This document shows, piece after piece, positions 19,663 through 25,458 of a stretch of 25,458 nt of DNA; positions within the stretch are counted from its first letter, which is position 1, and every line of letters starts with the position of its first letter. The position numbers and the translations under genes are program-made. Origin of the DNA: Octopus sinensis (taxonomy: Eukaryota); assembly GCF_006345805.1 (NCBI RefSeq), contig NW_021836076.1, forward strand, positions 1 through 25,458. Reading direction: 5' to 3'. Under the pieces are notes generated by a model, which saw nothing but the letters and a program-made list of their open reading frames with translations, was not told the DNA's origin and made no database searches.

Positions 19663-20552
19663 CAGAGAGACAGACAGACAGACAGACAGAGAGTAGCATA
19701 GATGTACATATACGTGTGTGTGTGTGTGCGTGAGCATGCATGCCTTCAGTTAACGTGTATCTGCACAGTTGAGTCTACCCAGTTTTGCTTATGGCGAGTT
19801 GTGATTATAATAGAAAAGTGTAGTCCGAGGTGCCACTAATTAATTACGAACTAGGATCCATGTGATTGGGGAGTGAACTTCTTTAACCGCATGGCCATCG
19901 ATATATTCAACGCAGTATTTCATTTACAAACAAAACTCCAATAAATGAGAATGCAAATAAAAATCTTAATCAATTGTCCAGTAAGAAAAATACGACTCTA
20001 AACATCCAAGATAAAATGTTTTAAACACAATTAGATAAATAAAAATAAAATAACGCCCCTATTGAATGCTTAACATTTTAAAAAAGCGACTACCTTCAGC
20101 TGTATTTCATTCGTAACACAATTAAATTTAGTTTTTCTTTTCCTCTTTTCATGATTGTAAAACGACGGCGTGGGTTGGATCTAATCACTTAAATGTTTTA
20201 GGGTTTTATTCTTTCACTACTGTCATAGAACATGTAGTAATGTGTGGCTTGGTGGCTTAATCACTTAAAAGTGTGTCTTTTAGTTGTTCCTATTTATTCA
20301 AAGACATCATCAATGAAACATGCTGACAATAGGAAAATCAAACAATGAATAGTGCCACCATTTTTTAGTGTAAGATATTATGGTAATTTATACGGGCGAA
20401 TTCTTGGCTTCTAAATCTCACACAATTGCCTGATATTGCTTTAGATGTTAAATACTGCAATTGTATTGAAGTCGTAAATTTCATTTTTCCAGTTCGAGAA
20501 AATATATTTTTGATGTGTTTCATAGCAAAAATAATTAAAATAATTACTTCCA

Positions 20553-20993
20553 ATTCAGGCACAAGGCCAGCACACTTGAGTGGGGGATGTAGACGATACC
20601 TATTTCTTTACTGCCCACAAGAGGCTAAACACAGAGAGGACAAACAAGGACAGACAAACGGATTAAGTCGATTATATCGACACCAGTGCGTAACTGGTAC
20701 TTAATTTATCGATCCTGAAAGGATGGAAGGCAAAGTCGACCTCGGCGGAATTTGAACTCAGAACGTAACGGCAGACGAAATACGGCTACGCATTTCGCCC
20801 GGCGTGCTAACGTTTCTGCCAGCTAACGCCTTATTGGGGGGGGGGGGATGTAGACGATACCATCGACACTACTACTTAATTAGTAGCATCTTTTATTGAG
20901 ATATGTTAGCCAAAGTTGACATCGGCGGGATTTGAACTCAGAAAGTGAAGACCTCGACGAAATACAGCGAACGATTTTACCAATTCGCCGCCT
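20553..20993 (-). mobile_element. Old family B-type SINE interrupted by a young copy
   Basis: The halves 20553-20600 and 20835-20993 join into tail-to-head order. Confidence 0.6.
20601..20832 (-). mobile_element. SINE family B, young full-length copy
   Basis: TSD TGGGGGATGTAGACGATACC (20581-20600) recurs at 20835-20861 with a longer G run. Confidence 0.9.
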
Positions 20994-21009
20994 TGACAGC
21001 AACTATAAA

Positions 21010-21149
21010 AACTGCTTCAAATTTTGGCACAAGGTCAACATTTTTAAGTAGAGGTGGTAAATCGATTACATCGACTCCTGTGTTCTACTGTTATTTTATT
21101 TTAACGACATCGAAAGAATGAAAGGCAAAGTGGACCCCTGCGGCATTTG
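21010..21149 (-). mobile_element. Old family B SINE fragment (target of MITE copy 4)
   Basis: ggcacaagg...atcgattacatcgac...gaatgaaaggcaaagtggaccc. Confidence 0.65.
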
Positions 21150-22455
21150 GGATCTTTTCGGTTTGAACGGCAGTTTGTTACTTAATTTCTAGGTAACTAA
21201 ACACTTTTAAACTTCGTATACTGGTAGAATGTGTTTATAAAACATCTTTTTCTCTTGGCTTTATTGAGAAAATTCTATAGTTTGTAACATATTTGGGTCT
21301 TTTCGGTTTGAACGGCATTTTTAAAAATAATTTCTAGGTACCTAAACACTTTTAAACTTCGTATACTGGTAAAATGTGTTTATAAAACATCTTTTTCTCT
21401 TGGCTTTATTGAGAAAGTTCTATAGTTTGTAAGATATTTGGGTCTTTTCGGTTTGAACGGCATTTTTAAAAATAATTTTTAGGTACCTAAACACTTTTAA
21501 ACTTCGTATACTGGTAGAATGTGTTTATAAAACATCTTTTTCTCTTGGCTTTATTGAGAAAATTCTATAGTTTGTAACATATTTGGGTCTTTTCGGTTTG
21601 AACGGCATTTTTAAAAATAATTTCTAGGTACCTAAACACTTTTAAACTTCGTATACTGGTAGAATGTGTTTATAAAACATCTTTTTCTCTTGGCTTTATT
21701 GAGAAAGTTCTATAGTTTGTAAGATATTTGGGTCTTTTCGGTTTGAACGGCATTTTTAAAAATAATTTTTAGGTACCTAAACACTTTTAAACTTCGTATA
21801 CTGGTAGAATGTGTTTATATAAAACATCTTTTTCTCTTGGCTTTATTGAGAAAATTCTATAGTTGTTGTAACATATTGGGTCTTTTCGGTTTGAACGGCA
21901 TTTTTTAAAAATAATTTCTAGGTATCTAAACACTTTTAAACTTCGTATACTGGTAAAATGTGTTTAATAAAACATCTTTTTTCTTGGCTTTATTGAGAAG
22001 TTCTATAGTTTGTAAGATATTTGGGTCTTTTCGGTTTGAACGGCATTTTTTAAAAATAATTTCTAGGTACATAAACACTTTAAAATTCGTATACTGGTAG
22101 AATGTGTTTATAAAACATCTTTTTCTCTTGGCTTTATTGAGAAAGTTCTATAGTTTGTAAGATATTTGGGTCTTTTCGGTTTGAACGGCATTTTTAAAAA
22201 TAATTTCTAGGTAACTAAACACTTTTAAACTTCGTATACTGGTAGAATGTGTTTATAAAACATCTTTTTCTCTTGGCTTTATTGAGAAAATTCTATAGTT
22301 TGTAAGATATTTGGGTCTTTTCGGTTTGAACGGCAGTTTTTAACATAATTTCGGTAACTAAAAATTTTAAACTTCGTATACTGGTAGAATGTGTTTTATA
22401 AAACATCTTTTTCTCTTGGCTTTATTGAGAAAATTCTATAGTTGTAAGGTATTTT
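21150..22455. repeat. Tandem array of ~145-bp units (9 copies) derived from the MITE left end
   Basis: Unit starts at 21150, 21296, 21441, 21586, 21731, 21879, 22024, 22169 and 22314. Confidence 0.97.
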
Positions 22456-22723
22456 TTTGTTTTTTTTCTTCAATTTCTGCAATTTCAACCAATCAATGAC
22501 GTCTTTTGAGGTAAAAAAAACATTCTGTGCCGTATGAATATGTCCCTCGTTTAAAAAACAGATTGGGTTTATCTACATTTGTGAAGAAAAAAAGATACCC
22601 TTCCCCCCACTCCTAACCCTAAAACAGATTGAAATGCAATAGATCGATACTAGGGTCATAATTATGGGTGACAATTTCATATGACACCGCTAGAAAAAGC
22701 TGCCGTTCAAACCGAAAAGATCC
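21150..22723. mobile_element. Merlin-like MITE, copy 4, expanded to 1574 bp by internal tandem amplification
   Basis: Outer TIRs at 21150 and 22723; TSD GGCATTTG / GGCATGTG (7/8). Confidence 0.92.
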
Positions 22724-22731
22724 GGCATGTG

Positions 22732-22840
22732 AATAATAATAATAATAATAATGATAATAATAATAATAATAACAATATTAATAATAATAATAATAATAAT
22801 AATTATAATAATAATAATAATAACAACAACAATAATAATC
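22732..22840. repeat. (AAT)n microsatellite
   Basis: Direct reading; source of the poly-N ORF 22681-22866. Confidence 0.97.
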
Positions 22841-22842
22841 CT

Positions 22843-23043
22843 TTCTACAATAGGGACAAGGCCTGAAATTTAGGGTGGGGAGATAGATGGTTACATCGAC
22901 CCCAACATTAAACAGTACTTATTTTATCGATGCAAAAGGATGAAATGCAAAGTCGTCTCCTGCAGACATTTGAAACGCAAAGACGGACGAAATGCCGCTA
23001 AGCATTTGGTCCGGCGTACTAGCGATTCTTTCAGCTCCTCGCG
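22843..23043 (-). mobile_element. Old family B SINE
   Basis: acaaggcctgaaatt...catcgacccc...ggatgaaatgcaaagtc...gccgctaagcatt. Confidence 0.75.
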
Positions 23044-23085
23044 TTGATAATAATAATGACAGTAGTTTACATGGAGCCCCACCAG

Positions 23086-23375
23086 TGTAAGATATTTGTT
23101 GTGTTTTTCTTCAATTTCTGCAATTTCAACCAATCAATGACGTCTTTTGAGGTAAAAAAAAACATTCTGGGCCGTATGAACATGTCCCTCGTTTAAGAAA
23201 CAGATTGGGTTTATTTACATTTGTGAAGAAAAAAAGATACCCTTCCTCCACCCCTAACCCTAACTAACCCTAACCCTAAAACAGATTGAAATGCAATAGA
23301 TCGATGCTAGGGTCATAATTATGGGTGACAATTTCATATGACACCGCTAGAAAAAACTGCCGTTCAAACCAAAGA
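23086..23375. mobile_element. Merlin-like MITE, copy 5, left-truncated
   Basis: Starts at tgtaagatatttg, runs to a slightly damaged right TIR (ctgccgttcaaaccaaaga); no TSD. Confidence 0.9.
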
Positions 23376-23889
23376 CAGTGCTCCAGCTTGGCTGTTATCC
23401 AATAACAGAAACCAGTAAAAAAATATAAAAACCACGAAGAAATCATTGACTTAAACCAAATTTATATGAGTCACCTTTGGCAAAATATATTTGGTAGAGA
23501 ATACATCAGAAAATGCAACTAATACCTTGTTTAATCAAATTCTATTCAGATTAAACAGTAACAACTAAATACCTAGGTACACGATCTGCCCGAGAAGCAA
23601 ATTGTGAAATCGGAGCTAATATGCTTAATGTAATAAGCTAAGAAATTTTAATTAAGAATAAATTCATTAGCTTAATAATCAGCTCTGTTCCAGAAAGGCA
23701 GGTGACTCAACTCCCAAATTTCAATTAATTTAGATTAATTAAAAATAACATGTGGTCAATGCCGTCGCTTATTTTTTATATGTGTTTTTATTATTTTTTT
23801 ATTATTATTTTTATGAAAACCCATTAAAGCTGCAAGTTTTTAGCACTCAAAAAACTTTACCCGCATAATGTATGAAAATTAAAAGCAAG

Positions 23890-24012
23890 ACACGCGCACA
23901 CACACACATACAGGTACATACATAGACACACCTGCATACACATACACACACACACACACACATACAGGTACATACATAGACACACCTGCATACACATACA
24001 CACACACATACA
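23890..24012. repeat. (CA)-rich microsatellite with a 54-bp tandem duplication
   Basis: catacaggtacatacatagacacacctgcatacacatac at 23907 and 23961. Confidence 0.9.
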
Positions 24013-24519
24013 TAGAGGACACCCATTTATGTTTATTTTACATCTTTCAACAATATTTATTATACTTCTTTAAATGTTTAGTATCCAAAAGGAATTTTAA
24101 AAATGCATAAAAATATAACAATGAGAAAACCCAGACTGCAATGGAGAAGAGAAGAGAACACTGAGATATCAAGTTAGCTAACTCAACACAACCACTCCAT
24201 CGTCATGCTTCCTACTCTCAGCGAAATATAATATTGTTTATTTAGAGAACTGAATGATAAATGCGTCGTATATTTAATGAGACAATTTAATTAACTAAAT
24301 AAAATTGTTATATTATTGCTGATAGATTGAATGTAGGCGTGGTCATATGGTTAACAGAAAACAATTTACTTCGTTACCATGCTGCTATGGGTTCGATCCT
24401 ACGGCACCAAATCGTCAAATGATATGGCAGAGATCGAAATAAATCGTATTGTTAAACCTGGTTCTTTGAAATAGGAGTTCTAAAACCCGCCGAGGTCATC
24501 CTTCTGCAGTCAACTAAAT

Positions 24520-24630
24520 ATGGTAATAGGCTGGTAGAATTGTTAGAGTATCATAAAGATTGTTTTGCGGTATTGTTTCTGGTTGTAAGTATTCTAAGTT
24601 CAAACCTGGTTGCTATCAACTTGGATTAAT
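24520..24630 (+). mobile_element. Very old family B SINE head
   Basis: ggctggtagaattgttag...gcggtatt...ttctaagttcaaacc. Confidence 0.45.
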
Positions 24631-25114
24631 TCGCCAGTGTTGCACCAGTCGACTAACACTAGCATTTGGTTAACTTCAGAAGAATACCAGCTTACACTCA
24701 GGTATTTAAAATAGGTTACTGAACAGTTAAAATATAAATCCAATAATATTCTCATAAGATAAGTATTTAGATATATATGTATTCCGTTGGATAATTCTGA
24801 ATATATTACCTTAACCATATAGGCTAACCGTAAGTTCTGGAATATATAATATCAACAATAATAATAATAATTATTATTATTGTTGTTGATGTATATATAT
24901 ATATATATATATCTATATATATATAGTTCAATTTGAAAACTCCACTAGAATGGACGAAAGCGCTAATTTATATGATATATGATATATGATGTATAAAAAC
25001 ATGTAATATACAAATAAATATGTGTAAATATAAACCATCCGATTTCTGAGTACCTCATTCCTCTAAATAAATACCTGAACATCATCTCCAACCTTCTAAT
25101 GTATAATATATACA

Positions 25115-25137
25115 ACCACACACACACACACACACAC

Positions 25138-25188
<51 letters not shown>

Positions 25189-25230
25189 GATATATGTGGT
25201 ATGGTATGGTATGGTATGGTATGGTATGAT
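25115..25230. repeat. (CA)n, (TA)n, (TATGG)n compound microsatellite
   Basis: Direct reading. Confidence 0.95.
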
Positions 25231-25458
25231 ATACATACTCACACACATATGAGCATTCGGGTTCAAATCAAGGTGGGGAAAAATAGTACACTAATAACCA
25301 AAGGTAAAAGTCAAATATATTTTACTGAAGTCGAAAAGATCTTCAAAAACATTTTATTCACAAATGTTTGTGAAACGGTTGCGTGAAACTCCGGATTATA
25401 GTTTGTGATGAATTTTCATCTTTAATATGATAGTATCATATATATATATATGAAGGCC

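Larger units (their letters stand above)
18979..20383. mobile_element. Unnamed ~1.4-kb non-autonomous TIR element containing nested SINEs
   Basis: 18979-19030 is the reverse complement of 20325-20383 (core TAATATCTTACACTA(T/A)AAAATGGTGGCACTATTCATTGTTT, 40/41). Right flank TA, left flank GA. Confidence 0.6.

Noticed and set aside
21150-22455. CRISPR-like regular repeat array
   Set aside because: There are no unique spacers, the units are contiguous MITE sequence, the context is eukaryotic and there are no cas genes.

Overview
AT-rich animal non-coding DNA. The SINE families and microsatellite load resemble my recollection of an octopus (coleoid cephalopod) genome; this is inference, not a database result. 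I see no intact host gene, and most ORFs in the track are microsatellite or SINE artefacts. The window is a layered TE graveyard: several tRNA-type SINE families; a 5'-truncated RNase H-bearing LINE (7921-8816); a CR1-type 3' end; fossil DNA transposases (Chapaev3-like, Tigger/pogo, mariner); hAT and mariner MITEs; a Helitron-like 5' end; and a Penelope-like fragment with a hammerhead-like motif. The most striking structure is a young ~410-bp MITE (GG-starting 24-30-bp TIR, 8-bp TSD, Merlin-like) present five times. In one copy (21150-22723) the left ~145 bp is amplified to 9 tandem units with an alternating two-unit higher-order pattern, which looks like a satellite forming inside a single TSD-bounded insertion. 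Other leads are a possible GGTA target preference of a young SINE subfamily, an unnamed ~1.4-kb TIR element, and a DR1+TATA promoter-like cluster.
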